A DNA stretch of 64,000 nt, taken from IMG/VR virus record IMGVR_UViG_3300032087_005129. The stretch is one strand, 5' to 3'. Positions 26,084-35,573 of the stretch are shown piece after piece (within the stretch, counting starts at the first letter, position 1; each line of letters begins with the position of its first letter). This DNA is from a virus. A program made the position numbers and the translations under genes. The notes below the pieces were generated by a model. It was given only the letters and a program-made list of their open reading frames with translations, searched no databases and had not been told where the DNA came from.

Positions 26084-27535
26084 ATGGCAGAATATCAAGG
26101 CAAAGAAGTAGAATTAGATAATCCTTTTCGCTTACCGAAAGGCTCAGACAAAAAGTTTGGCGTCTACGTTAAGAACAAAAAGGGTAATGTGGTCAAGGTT
26201 GAGTTTGGTGATCCAAACATGGAAATCAAACGTGATGACCCAGAAAGACTAAAGAACTTTCGTGCCAGACACAACTGCGATCAAAAGAAAGACAAGACAA
26301 AAGCAGGGTACTGGTCTTGCAAATTCTGGGAGAAGGGCAAGTCTGTGTCTGATCTCCTCAAAGACGAAAAAGAAGGATGTGGCTGCGGCTGCAATAGTTG
26401 TATGAAAGAACAAAAGATTCGAACACAGGTTGAGTTTGACACTCTCAAAGACGCTATAAAGAGCGTGAAGTTTCATCCAACAAGAGACAAGGGGCGTGAA
26501 GTCGCAATCTATCTAATTCCAGCATCAAAGAGAACGATGCGTACCTCAGCAGAAAGGCCGTCAGGAAAACAAGTGGGTTCTGTCGATTTCCTGAAAAAGG
26601 GAGTATACACCCCAGTCACCTTACCAAATGGGCCTTTCGAAAAGATTCTCAAGGCAAAAGGTGCAAAGCGTGTTGCCACAGTAAAGAACGTAGATGGCAA
26701 AACCAAAGTCTTCAAAGAACAAAAACTCAAAGCAACACCACAGAAAAAGTTTCGTGGTCGTTCGCCTGGTGTGAAGAAGACAACAGGTCACAGCCTACGT
26801 TTCAAAGTAACCTCTAAACTAGCACAGAAGATGCAAGAGATTCTGTCTGGCGAAGACAAGGCTGAACTCAAGAGATACAACCGTCTTGTCACAAGCACCG
26901 ACATTGACGGTGACGAAGTTGTTCTAACCTTTGGCTCTGCTGGGGCAAGAACAAAGGTGACACAGATGCTTAAAGAGTCGCAGGTAAACGAGACACGTTA
27001 TCCTAATGCAGCAGCCGCTCTAAGAGAACTTAAAGAATCTCATAGAGGTCTAGATGTTGAATACAGCAGAGGAACGCTTTTTGTTGAGTCTTCATCTTTA
27101 ACCATAGATACCATCACAACAAGAAACGTGGTTGCAAACACCGTTAAACGAATTTTTGAAAGAAATGGTGTTGATGGTATTAAAGTTGTGTTTGAAGACT
27201 TTAGACTAGAGGATCTGCAACTTGCACAATCAAGAGCAAGATTCTTTTCCGAAAAAAAAAATCCTAAAGACACAAAGTATTATACCAAATCGGGCAAGAT
27301 AAAGAAATCACCAGAAGACAAAGAAACTGGTTTGCCTAAAAAGTATGTTTCAAGAATGACAAAGGCTGATGCAAAACAAAAAGCAGCCGAAATCAAAGCA
27401 AGAAAGAAATTTGGCAAAGATGATCCTCGCAGATACGAACCAACCGATGTTGATAAGAAGTATGCAGGCACAGGTCAAAAATCAAAGCACACTAAGAAGT
27501 ATGAAAAAATGTTTGGAAAGAAGGGTAGCAAATGA
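26084..27535 (+). CDS. Multi-module basic protein, putative polyprotein
   Basis: Conserved phage module AEYQG...FGDP...FRARHNC...YWSC; linkers MKEQ, FKEQ, LKESQVNE, FSEK. Confidence 0.8.
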   Translation: MAEYQGKEVELDNPFRLPKGSDKKFGVYVKNKKGNVVKVEFGDPNMEIKRDDPERLKNFRARHNCDQKKDKTKAGYWSCKFWEKGKSVSDLLKDEKEGCGCGCNSCMKEQKIRTQVEFDTLKDAIKSVKFHPTRDKGREVAIYLIPASKRTMRTSAERPSGKQVGSVDFLKKGVYTPVTLPNGPFEKILKAKGAKRVATVKNVDGKTKVFKEQKLKATPQKKFRGRSPGVKKTTGHSLRFKVTSKLAQKMQEILSGEDKAELKRYNRLVTSTDIDGDEVVLTFGSAGARTKVTQMLKESQVNETRYPNAAAALRELKESHRGLDVEYSRGTLFVESSSLTIDTITTRNVVANTVKRIFERNGVDGIKVVFEDFRLEDLQLAQSRARFFSEKKNPKDTKYYTKSGKIKKSPEDKETGLPKKYVSRMTKADAKQKAAEIKARKKFGKDDPRRYEPTDVDKKYAGTGQKSKHTKKYEKMFGKKGSK

Positions 27536-27810
27536 ACTTTTTCGAAGGTAAAATCAAAGGTCTAACAAACAAAGCAAAAGCAACTGGTGTTCCATACAAC
27601 ATTCTAAAGAAAGTTTATGATCGTGGTATGGCAGCATGGACTGGTGGTCACAGACCAGGCATCGGTCAACACCAATGGGCGTTTGCAAGAGTGAACTCTT
27701 TTCTAACTGGTGGTAAAACACAGAAGACAGCCGACAAAGACTTGTGGGCTAAGGTGCCTGAGGGTGCTAAAAGAGGTGCGAAAAAGGGTGCAAAAAAAGG
27801 TAAGAAGTAA
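27532..27810 (+). CDS. DUF5824-like protein
   Basis: KVYDRGMAAW..GHRPG...QWAFARVNSF. Confidence 0.7.
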   Translation: MNFFEGKIKGLTNKAKATGVPYNILKKVYDRGMAAWTGGHRPGIGQHQWAFARVNSFLTGGKTQKTADKDLWAKVPEGAKRGAKKGAKKGKK

Positions 27811-28481
27811 TGTACTGGAAACAAAACAAAGATTATTTGAGTGAAAGTTATCTCGCCGAAAAAATTCCACCCCCGTTTAGAAGACCAGATTTTGATTCAA
27901 AACCTGGTCCAGCAAAAAAGCCTTGGTGGAAAAGATTGTTTGGTGATGGTAGACCGGTGAGAAGAACACCGCAGATCACAACGGCAAGCGATAATGATCG
28001 ACTTTTCGAATTATTTAGGCAACTCATGAGGGAAACAAATAGAACAGCAAGAAGAACCCGTTCCCTTGCGTATGAATGGTATCTTGTTTTGCGAGAATTA
28101 ACTAGCAGCAACAGTCAATCATGGCAAAGATTTCTTCGGGGGTTTGAACAGACAAACTGGCAATTTCAAAATCTTCCAGACGAAGTTCTTGGTTTTATAA
28201 ACAATGTGAATGATTATTTTGCAAATCTTCGTTCGGCACTTTCTCAATTTGCTAATGGTGAAATTTCATATGCCTCATTACATGAACAAATCGATGAAAT
28301 CATAGAACTTTTTGAAGAATTGAGAGGTGGTCGTTATTTCGATAGCAACCAAATGGCAAATGGTTATAATGTACCAATTTGGATGAGAGATGTAGATCCT
28401 GAAGTTTATGAGTACATTAGTCAGTTGTATGTGCTTCTAAGAGAACTTAAAAGAATTGACCAAAGAAACTTGTCAAGATGA
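27810..28481 (+). CDS. Hypothetical protein with MYWKQ leader and IPPP motif
   Basis: MYWKQNKDYLSESYLAEKIPPPFRR resembles the 1591/2661 N-termini. Confidence 0.75.
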   Translation: MYWKQNKDYLSESYLAEKIPPPFRRPDFDSKPGPAKKPWWKRLFGDGRPVRRTPQITTASDNDRLFELFRQLMRETNRTARRTRSLAYEWYLVLRELTSSNSQSWQRFLRGFEQTNWQFQNLPDEVLGFINNVNDYFANLRSALSQFANGEISYASLHEQIDEIIELFEELRGGRYFDSNQMANGYNVPIWMRDVDPEVYEYISQLYVLLRELKRIDQRNLSR

Positions 28482-28768
28482 ATCTAAAAAGTTTTAAAGA
28501 CCACTTCAACGAAGCCTGCTGGGATGGCTACAAACAAGTTGGTATGAAAAAGAAAGGCAAACGCATGGTACCAAACTGTGTGCCAGAGTCTTCAAAAACC
28601 AACGAAAGAAAACTTACTAAAGTCGAACTCAAAGATCGTGAGAAGTATGTCAAGAAGTTGAAGCCAAAACTCAAAGACTTCAAAAAAAGATATGGCGACG
28701 AAGAGGGCAAAGGCGTGATGTATGCCGTAGCCACGAACTTGGCAAAGAAAAAATCTAAAAAAGACTAG
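28478..28768 (+). CDS. Small basic protein with CWDGY...VPNCVP module
   Basis: Leader LKSFKDHFNE. Confidence 0.75.
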   Translation: MNLKSFKDHFNEACWDGYKQVGMKKKGKRMVPNCVPESSKTNERKLTKVELKDREKYVKKLKPKLKDFKKRYGDEEGKGVMYAVATNLAKKKSKKD

Positions 28769-28800
28769 ACATTAATACAAAATGAAGGTATTATTTGATT

Positions 28801-28992
28801 ATGAACTTAAAGGAATTTCCCATTCGTGTGTGCGTCTTTGAAGATGTAGAACTTATTCACGAAACAATTGTACACGACGAAGATCAACTGTCTGAAACTC
28901 TTCGAGAAGTTTACGAAGAGTACGGCGATGGTAGTCCGTTTACAAAGTGGAAAAAATATGAACTAAAATTAATGGAAGCAGAACATGAATGA
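28801..28992 (+). CDS. Hypothetical protein
   Basis: Directly after TAGACA-N17-TATTAT. Confidence 0.6.
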   Translation: MNLKEFPIRVCVFEDVELIHETIVHDEDQLSETLREVYEEYGDGSPFTKWKKYELKLMEAEHE

Positions 28993-29281
28993 ATTTTATG
29001 ACTTTCGCTTTCAACAACTGAAAAGCGAAGAGTGGATTGCAAAGATTGATGGAAAGAAAATTGCAGAAACGAAACTTGCGATTGCAGACAACCCTGTTAC
29101 TAACCCGTGGTATGTTAATGAGTCTTTTCAAAAATCTATTACAAAAAGTCTCCAAGAAAGGTATGGAGACAATCTAAATACCCTTATAATAAAGGACCAA
29201 CTCGAACTCGTAGAAGGATACTTGTTTGAATCTTGGAAAAACTACCTGCATGTGCATTCATATTATGAAAGGAGCGAATGA
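28985..29281 (+). CDS. Hypothetical protein
   Basis: Overlapping operon ORF. Confidence 0.6.
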   Translation: MNEFYDFRFQQLKSEEWIAKIDGKKIAETKLAIADNPVTNPWYVNESFQKSITKSLQERYGDNLNTLIIKDQLELVEGYLFESWKNYLHVHSYYERSE

Positions 29282-29511
29282 TGGGTAATACAACTAGTGG
29301 CTTTGGTTTTGGTGGTGCTTCGGTGTCACAGAACTACAAAGAGCAAATTAACAAAACATATGAAGAACTGAGACTTCTAATTCGTGAAGCGTACGAAGAA
29401 GGTATTGCTGAAGGGCGATCTGATAACTTCAACGACAGCGACGGCGAAAGATTTGAAAAGACTTTCGTTTCTGAGAAACTAGAGAAAATTCGATACCCAG
29501 AACTTCCGTAA
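29278..29511 (+). CDS. Hypothetical protein
   Basis: AAGGAG RBS. Confidence 0.6.
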   Translation: MMGNTTSGFGFGGASVSQNYKEQINKTYEELRLLIREAYEEGIAEGRSDNFNDSDGERFEKTFVSEKLEKIRYPELP

Positions 29512-29714
29512 TGGACTGTCCTGTTAAGAATGAGCCTTGTGTTATTGATAAGCAAGGTTATTGTATCGGCTGCTTTCTTACTGAGGAAGAAGCCAAAACT
29601 TATCCTACATTAACGGATGAGCAAAAAGAGGATCTTCATTACGAACTAGATCTTCGTGCGAAAATTATTGAGATTGCGAGACAACGAAATGACGATGCCA
29701 AATCAAACGATTGA
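29511..29714 (+). CDS. DUF1289-like Cys-rich protein
   Basis: CP...PC.ID..GYCIGC...EE. Confidence 0.6.
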   Translation: MDCPVKNEPCVIDKQGYCIGCFLTEEEAKTYPTLTDEQKEDLHYELDLRAKIIEIARQRNDDAKSND

Positions 29715-29943
29715 ATACACCTCAACGGAAATGAAAATGAACGGTGAAGTGTTTGCAAGAAAAGAAAATGGTAAGTGGGTTTTAGATCCATTGATTACGT
29801 CTGCTCTCACAAAACCTCAAAGAAATGTTTTAGAAAAAAACTTTGAAAGCCTGGCATCAAACTCGTTTCGTGTTTGCCAGGCTCTTCTTGGTTGTGTTCT
29901 TGGGTATGGAGGAACTTTTCCTAAAGATCCTTCAGAAAAGAAC

Positions 29944-29971
29944 TTTACAAGTGAAAAATAAACCTTATAAT
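29944..29971 (+). promoter_or_regulatory. Early promoter TTTACA-N16-TATAAT for gp45
   Basis: Sequence match. Confidence 0.65.
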
Positions 29972-29997
29972 GATCGTTAACTAAGGAGAACTTTATA

Positions 29998-30672
29998 ATG
30001 CAAATTTCTAGTGAGACACTTGCGATTCTGAAAAACTTTGCAAGTATCAACTCAAACATCCTGATTAATTCAGGCAACACACTCAAAACAATCTCTCCTG
30101 TCAAGAACGTTCTGGCAGAAGCAGTTGTTGAAGAGAACTTTCCAACATCGTTTGGTATCTTTGATCTAAACAAATTTTTGTCTACGATCAATCTGTTCGC
30201 AAATCCAATTCTGAACTTTGATGATAACTTTGTCACAATCTCTGAATCTGGTCGAACAAACTCTGTGAAGTACTACTACTCAGAGCCTTCATTGCTTACT
30301 GTGCCTACCAAAGAACTAAATCTTCCTGACTTTGTTATCAACTTTGAGTTGAAGCAAACAGACTTTGGTAAACTTACGCAAGCAGCCTCAACATTGAGTC
30401 TTCCTGATCTCTCTGTTGAAACACAGGGTGACAAGATTGCTCTTCGTGCGTTTGACAAGAGCGACCCGACATCCAATGACTACAGCGTTGTAGTTGGTGA
30501 TAGCGGAGAGAGTGAGAGTTTCTGTATGATCTTCAAGGTCGAAAATCTTAAACTTCTTCCTGGTGATTACACTGTAAACATCTGCGAACGAAGCGTTGCG
30601 AAATTCAACCACAAAGATCACGATGTCAACTATTGTGTCGCATTGGAGCCTGATACTAAGTATGGAAACTAA
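29998..30672 (+). CDS. gp45: Sliding clamp (T4 gp45)
   Basis: MQISSETLAILKNFASIN...FGIFDLNKFL...ENLKLLPGDY; position before gp44. Confidence 0.95.
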   Translation: MQISSETLAILKNFASINSNILINSGNTLKTISPVKNVLAEAVVEENFPTSFGIFDLNKFLSTINLFANPILNFDDNFVTISESGRTNSVKYYYSEPSLLTVPTKELNLPDFVINFELKQTDFGKLTQAASTLSLPDLSVETQGDKIALRAFDKSDPTSNDYSVVVGDSGESESFCMIFKVENLKLLPGDYTVNICERSVAKFNHKDHDVNYCVALEPDTKYGN

Positions 30673-31612
30673 TCACTTCAACGAAGTCTTGTTTGTTGAA
30701 AAGTATCGGCCTCAAACAATTGAAGAATGCATCCTTCCCGACTCGGTGAAGGATGTTTTTCTATCAATCGTAAACAGTGGCAAGATGCAGAATCTTCTCT
30801 TGGCTGGTGGTGCAGGTTGTGGTAAAACAACCGTTGCTCGTGCCTTGTGTAAACAAATGGGACAAGAATTTTTGTTTGTCAATGCCTCCGAAGAAAGTGG
30901 CATTGACACTCTTCGTACCAAGATCAAAAACTTTGCAAGCACAGTTTCTCTTGGTGGTGAAAGCAAGGTTGTGATTCTTGATGAGGCTGATTATTTGAAT
31001 CCTCAATCGACACAACCTGCGTTGCGTGGCTTCATTGAAGAGTTTAGTCGTAACTGTCGTTTCATTTTTACTTGTAACTTTAAGAATCGAATCATTTCAC
31101 CACTGCATTCTCGTTGTTCGGTGATTGATTTCAAGATGACTGCGAAGGATAAGAAAAGAGTAAGTGCTGATTTCTTTGTTCGACTAAAAGATATTCTTGC
31201 AAAAGAGTCTATCAAAGCAGATGATCGTGTTCTAGTAAAACTTGTTCAGCGTTATTCACCTGACTGGCGAAGAGTGTTGAATGAAGTGCAACGTTATGGT
31301 CAGTCTGGAACTATTGATGAAGGTATTCTTACTAATTTTTCTGATGTCGCTGTTCAAGATTTAATGGCATCAATGTGTAAGAAAGACTTCAAGACTGTTC
31401 GTAAATGGGTCGTAGACAACATCGACAACGACCCCTCAAGAATCTTCCGAAAGATCTATGATCAACTTAGCGATCACATTGAGCCTGGTTCTATTCCTAG
31501 TGCTATTCTTGTTCTTGCTGAGTATCAATACAAGTCTGCCTTTGTGGTAGATCAAGAGATTAATCTTGTTGCAGCCCTCACAGAAATTATGATGGGTTCA
31601 GAATTTAAATAG
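30662..31612 (+). CDS. gp44: Clamp loader large subunit (T4 gp44)
   Basis: LFVEKYRPQTIEEC, GAGCGKTT, ILDEAD, PLHSRC. Confidence 0.95.
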   Translation: METNHFNEVLFVEKYRPQTIEECILPDSVKDVFLSIVNSGKMQNLLLAGGAGCGKTTVARALCKQMGQEFLFVNASEESGIDTLRTKIKNFASTVSLGGESKVVILDEADYLNPQSTQPALRGFIEEFSRNCRFIFTCNFKNRIISPLHSRCSVIDFKMTAKDKKRVSADFFVRLKDILAKESIKADDRVLVKLVQRYSPDWRRVLNEVQRYGQSGTIDEGILTNFSDVAVQDLMASMCKKDFKTVRKWVVDNIDNDPSRIFRKIYDQLSDHIEPGSIPSAILVLAEYQYKSAFVVDQEINLVAALTEIMMGSEFK

Positions 31613-31623
31613 AAAGGTTAAAC

Positions 31624-32484
31624 ATGAGTGGTGAAATAGGAATTATTGGAAATGGTTTTGTTGGTGGGGCAGTTGCATATGGCTTCAAAGATAAAAACCC
31701 GCTAGTCTATGATTTGAAACCAGAGTTGTGTAAGAATACACTCGATGAAGTTTTAGGTTGTAAACATATTTTCGTTTGCTTGCCGACACCAATGGTTGAA
31801 GAAACTGGTGGAGAAGCAAACTTAAGCATTGTTGAAAACTGTCTAGAAAATTTAAGCAACCATTTTACAAAGGACTCAGATCAAGTTTTGATTTTGAAGT
31901 CTACTGTTCCTGTTGGCACGACCAATAAACTAGCAGAAAAGTATGATATAAGAAATTTAATTCACTGTCCAGAATTTTTAACTGCTGCTAATGCAAATTA
32001 TGATTTTGTCAATGCTGATAGAACTGTTATTGGTTTACCTGATTATGTGCAAGAAAAGTACCTAGACATGGTTCAAAAACTTTTTGAGGACTCTTTCCCT
32101 GATATTCCAATTTACACCATGTCATCTGACGAGTCTGAACTGGTAAAGTATAGTGCGAACTGTTTTCTTGCCACAAAGGTAATGTTTTTCAATATGATAA
32201 AAATACTCAGCGAAAAACTTTATTTGGATTATGAAAAAATTCTAAACGGTGTTTTGTCAGACCCCAGAATCAGCCCATCTCACACAAAAGTTCCTGGCCC
32301 TGATGGTGACTACGGATTTGGCGGCACATGTTTTCCAAAGGATGTAAATGCGTTAATTAAAACACTGGATGATCATGGTATTCCACCAAGTATCTTAGAC
32401 TCTGTGTGGGAAGAAAACATGCGTTATAGAGAAAACTGGGATTGGGCTGAGAATAACTCAGCAGTCAAACGAAAGAACGATTGA
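31624..32484 (+). CDS. ugd: UDP-glucose/GDP-mannose dehydrogenase family protein
   Basis: GNGFVG, CLPTP, KSTVPVGT, PEFL, GFGGTCFPKD. Confidence 0.88.
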   Translation: MSGEIGIIGNGFVGGAVAYGFKDKNPLVYDLKPELCKNTLDEVLGCKHIFVCLPTPMVEETGGEANLSIVENCLENLSNHFTKDSDQVLILKSTVPVGTTNKLAEKYDIRNLIHCPEFLTAANANYDFVNADRTVIGLPDYVQEKYLDMVQKLFEDSFPDIPIYTMSSDESELVKYSANCFLATKVMFFNMIKILSEKLYLDYEKILNGVLSDPRISPSHTKVPGPDGDYGFGGTCFPKDVNALIKTLDDHGIPPSILDSVWEENMRYRENWDWAENNSAVKRKND

Positions 32485-32500
32485 AACAATAAATATCAAA

Positions 32501-33256
32501 ATGGTTGATAGTGCAAACGATTTGTCTATAGAAGTGTTTCTTCTCAAAAAGAAGTATGACGTTGATACGTTTTATACTGTTGTTAACGAACTTCTAGATG
32601 AGTTTGGTGTAGATGCAATTGAAGATGACTCACCAGAAAACTTGATGAGTGTTGAAGATCGTATCACGGTAAACATTGGCAAGAAAATTACAAATGAACT
32701 AAAAGAGAATCGTAATAAAATGGATGACGAGACTATTGATGAGTTTGTTCAATCAAATGAGTTTGGTCATCAATTAGAAATGCAAGATAAAATTCTTAAG
32801 CAAGTTTGGAATATTGCAAAAACATATCGCTATACGAACTTTGTTGAGGAATGTAATGATCTTCGAAAAAACTTTATGAAAGAAAGATCAAGTTACATCT
32901 CTCATCAGTTTAGTGGCACAGCAGGAATTTTATCTGTTATTTTTGCACAGACACGAGTGCCTGAGAAACTTTTTTCTGTGTGGTTAAGAACTACGATTGA
33001 AAAGAAAGAAGGCTATGTGGCGATTCAATATGAGGGATTAGATGGTAAAATCTATAACGTCAATGTGATACACACAGATGAAGAGCCACCAAAAGAAAAA
33101 ATAGTGGGGCAAAACCCTTGCGATTCTTTCATGTTGCAGTATTTTTGGGATAGCAAAAAATGGATTGAGATACCTATTAAAATGATTATCTCAGTGGACA
33201 ATAACGACTGTATGGACATAGATTTCAACGATGATGGAGGAAATATTTTAGCATGA
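32501..33256 (+). CDS. Hypothetical protein
   Basis: 251-aa ORF; AATAAATA 5 nt upstream. Confidence 0.7.
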   Translation: MVDSANDLSIEVFLLKKKYDVDTFYTVVNELLDEFGVDAIEDDSPENLMSVEDRITVNIGKKITNELKENRNKMDDETIDEFVQSNEFGHQLEMQDKILKQVWNIAKTYRYTNFVEECNDLRKNFMKERSSYISHQFSGTAGILSVIFAQTRVPEKLFSVWLRTTIEKKEGYVAIQYEGLDGKIYNVNVIHTDEEPPKEKIVGQNPCDSFMLQYFWDSKKWIEIPIKMIISVDNNDCMDIDFNDDGGNILA

Positions 33257-33633
33257 GTTTTGGTGATTTTTTAAACAGCATTAACTTCACAAAAGAAAAT
33301 CTCTTTCACGAAAATGAAGAGATGATGAAGAAAGAATACAATCCTTATCTGATCAACAAGTCGTTGTCCTATCACGCCGACACATTGATGTTTGCAAACT
33401 TAATGAATCAACACTCGAACCTTGACGCAAAAATGCAGTATGAGTTTTATCTGCATCAGGTGAGCAAGGGAAAGCGGTTTAGCAAGTGGCATAAAACAGA
33501 AAGCAACGACACAGTTGAACTATTGGCAAGTCACTACAAGTGTTCTAGAGCGAAGGCTGAAGACTACGCTAAGATACTCACAGAGAGTAATATCGAACAA
33601 ATCAAAAAGCAGAATAATCGCGGCTCTTGCTGA
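33253..33633 (+). CDS. gp62: Clamp loader small subunit (T4 gp62)
   Basis: FLNSIN.TK...YNPYLINKSLS...AN.MN...QYEF...KRFSKW. Confidence 0.92.
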   Translation: MSFGDFLNSINFTKENLFHENEEMMKKEYNPYLINKSLSYHADTLMFANLMNQHSNLDAKMQYEFYLHQVSKGKRFSKWHKTESNDTVELLASHYKCSRAKAEDYAKILTESNIEQIKKQNNRGSC

Positions 33634-33694
33634 TTGTGTAATCTCATTGGACGTTGGTTTTGATAAATAACCACGTATCATTGGAGATTATAAA

Positions 33695-34102
33695 ATGTCA
33701 GATTATGAAGATATTGTTGAGTCGCTGGTTGAAGTTGAACTTCCCGACTCCGATGCGTTTTTGAAGGTGAAAGAAACGCTCACCCGCATCGGCATCTCCT
33801 CAAGAAAAGAAAACAAACTTTGGCAGTCATGCCATATTTTACATAAGAAGGGAAAGTATTACATACTTCACTTCAAAGAACTGTTTTTGCTTGATGGAAA
33901 AAAAACTGATTTACCAGAAGAAGATATTGCCAGAAGAAATAGAATTATAAAACTACTCGAAGAATGGGAACTTCTTCGTATTGTTGATTCGTCAAAGATC
34001 GAAGAGCCTTGTGCTTCGATTGCACAGATCAAGATTCTACCTTTTTCTGAAAAGGAAAACTGGACTTTAGAAGCCAAGTATAACATTGGAAAGAAGAAAT
34101 GA
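33695..34102 (+). CDS. regA: Translational repressor RegA
   Basis: FLKVKETLTRIGI...LWQSCHILHKKGKYYILHFKELF. Confidence 0.96.
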   Translation: MSDYEDIVESLVEVELPDSDAFLKVKETLTRIGISSRKENKLWQSCHILHKKGKYYILHFKELFLLDGKKTDLPEEDIARRNRIIKLLEEWELLRIVDSSKIEEPCASIAQIKILPFSEKENWTLEAKYNIGKKK

Positions 34103-34623
34103 AATACTATCACGATCTTGTAGAACAACTCAGTGAAAAGAAATGGTCTAAGAAATACAAAGACTCAATCGACTGTAATAATCCAAAAGGGTTTTCACAG
34201 AAGGCACACTGTCAAGGTCGTAAAAAGAATGAAAGTCTGAACGAGGATATTACAAAAAGAGAATTAAATCAGATTGAGGTTTATGTTGATAAATTGTATT
34301 CAGCAGTTGGTGTTGATGTTGAGTTTACAAGACACTTTCTAGAGCGCCTAAACGATCCAAGAAATGTTCGAGACATCACACCCGCAGAGGTGATTCGTCT
34401 GTTTAGAGAAGCCTATAAGAAGCATGGCAAGAAGATTGCCAAACTTGGTGCAAACGCAGAAGCGGTTATCAAAGATATGACAACAGATATTAATATGCCA
34501 TTCGTAATTAAATACGACCGAAGAAACGGTGAGTTGGATCTAATTGCCAAAACAGTGATGAGAAAGAAAAGTTTTAGAACACCTGATCAAGTTTTTGTGC
34601 ATGATGATTATAACGCTGGATAA
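34099..34623 (+). CDS. Two-module protein; C-terminal module possibly RelE/RegB-like RNase fold
   Basis: Leader MKYYHDLVEQLSE; SIDCNNPKGFSQKAHC module; NESLNE linker; VEFTRHFLERLND. Confidence 0.65.
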   Translation: MKYYHDLVEQLSEKKWSKKYKDSIDCNNPKGFSQKAHCQGRKKNESLNEDITKRELNQIEVYVDKLYSAVGVDVEFTRHFLERLNDPRNVRDITPAEVIRLFREAYKKHGKKIAKLGANAEAVIKDMTTDINMPFVIKYDRRNGELDLIAKTVMRKKSFRTPDQVFVHDDYNAG

Positions 34624-34638
34624 GAAGAAGGAAGAAAA

Positions 34639-35571
34639 ATGGCAGAAGAAAAAGATTGCAATTGTGATGAGTTTGATGACATACTAAGAAAACTTCGAGA
34701 GTGTGAAGAGTTACGAAGCCACGATAGAAAACAAAGAGAAGAAGAAGTCAGAGGCGCATTAGAGCGTTGTGAGCAAAAGCAAGAACAACTAAGAGAAGCA
34801 CTCGAAGAAGAAAGAGATTCGTTTCGTGAAAAGATTAACGAAGCGAGTGGTTCACAAAAAAGCAAAATTGAAAAACTACAAAAAAGAATAACAGCCATGA
34901 CAATTGCTGGTTCAGCAGGTGCCGCAGTTGTAGGTAAAGAAGTCGTTGATAATGTATCCGACAACTTTGCTTTAATTAGTGCCATACTAAGTGGCGACAT
35001 AGATGCGGTGATGAATCTGATGAACAACGCACCAGCCACTGCTAATCCTGGTGCCCAATCGGACACAGCAGACATGTCTGAAGATGGAAAAGCATCAAAA
35101 GAAAAAGGTGAAGAAGAAGGCAAAGAAGAAGATAAAGAAGAGGACAAAGAAGAAGAGAAAGAAGAGGAAGAGGAGGAAGAAGAAGAGGAAGAGGAAGAGG
35201 AAGAGGAAGAGGAGGAAGAAGAGAGTGAAGAAGAAAGCGAAGAAGATTCTCAAGATGAAGAGTCTACCGAAACGGCTTCTGAAACTCCAATGCAGGGTCT
35301 TCCCATGTCACCTGAAGTTACTCTTGAGCCAATCATAATTGAACTGGCTGATTTAGAAAAAGAAGTGGTACCCGATACGCCTCCATTGCTCCTCGCTGAC
35401 CTACCTCCATTTTTGCCTCCCATACAGGACGTGACAGATGTTGGTGAATACATACCAGATGATCCACAGTTTCCGTTTTTTCCCGCAGAACCAGAACCTG
35501 TCGTTGAACCATCAATGATATACGCATTTATGGCTGTTCTATTTTGGACACGCCGAAGAAAAAGGAATTAA
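34639..35571 (+). CDS. Coiled-coil/poly-Glu protein with PEP-CTERM-like tail
   Basis: Long Glu run; C-terminal VVEPSMIYAFMAVLFWTRRRKRN. Confidence 0.75.
   Translation: MAEEKDCNCDEFDDILRKLRECEELRSHDRKQREEEVRGALERCEQKQEQLREALEEERDSFREKINEASGSQKSKIEKLQKRITAMTIAGSAGAAVVGKEVVDNVSDNFALISAILSGDIDAVMNLMNNAPATANPGAQSDTADMSEDGKASKEKGEEEGKEEDKEEDKEEEKEEEEEEEEEEEEEEEEEEEEESEEESEEDSQDEESTETASETPMQGLPMSPEVTLEPIIIELADLEKEVVPDTPPLLLADLPPFLPPIQDVTDVGEYIPDDPQFPFFPAEPEPVVEPSMIYAFMAVLFWTRRRKRN
35100..35245 (+). repeat. GAA/GAG low-complexity tract coding poly-Glu
   Basis: Directly visible purine tract. Confidence 0.85.
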
Positions 35572-35573
35572 GA

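Noticed and set aside
29278-29511. IREAYEEG as a member of the EA(F/Y)..GY leader family
   Set aside because: The motif is internal and the gene is in an early-promoter operon; may be coincidental
35051-35338. Poly-Lys/Arg ORF resembling a protamine
   Set aside because: Alternative frame of the GAA/GAG poly-Glu tract, with no start signals
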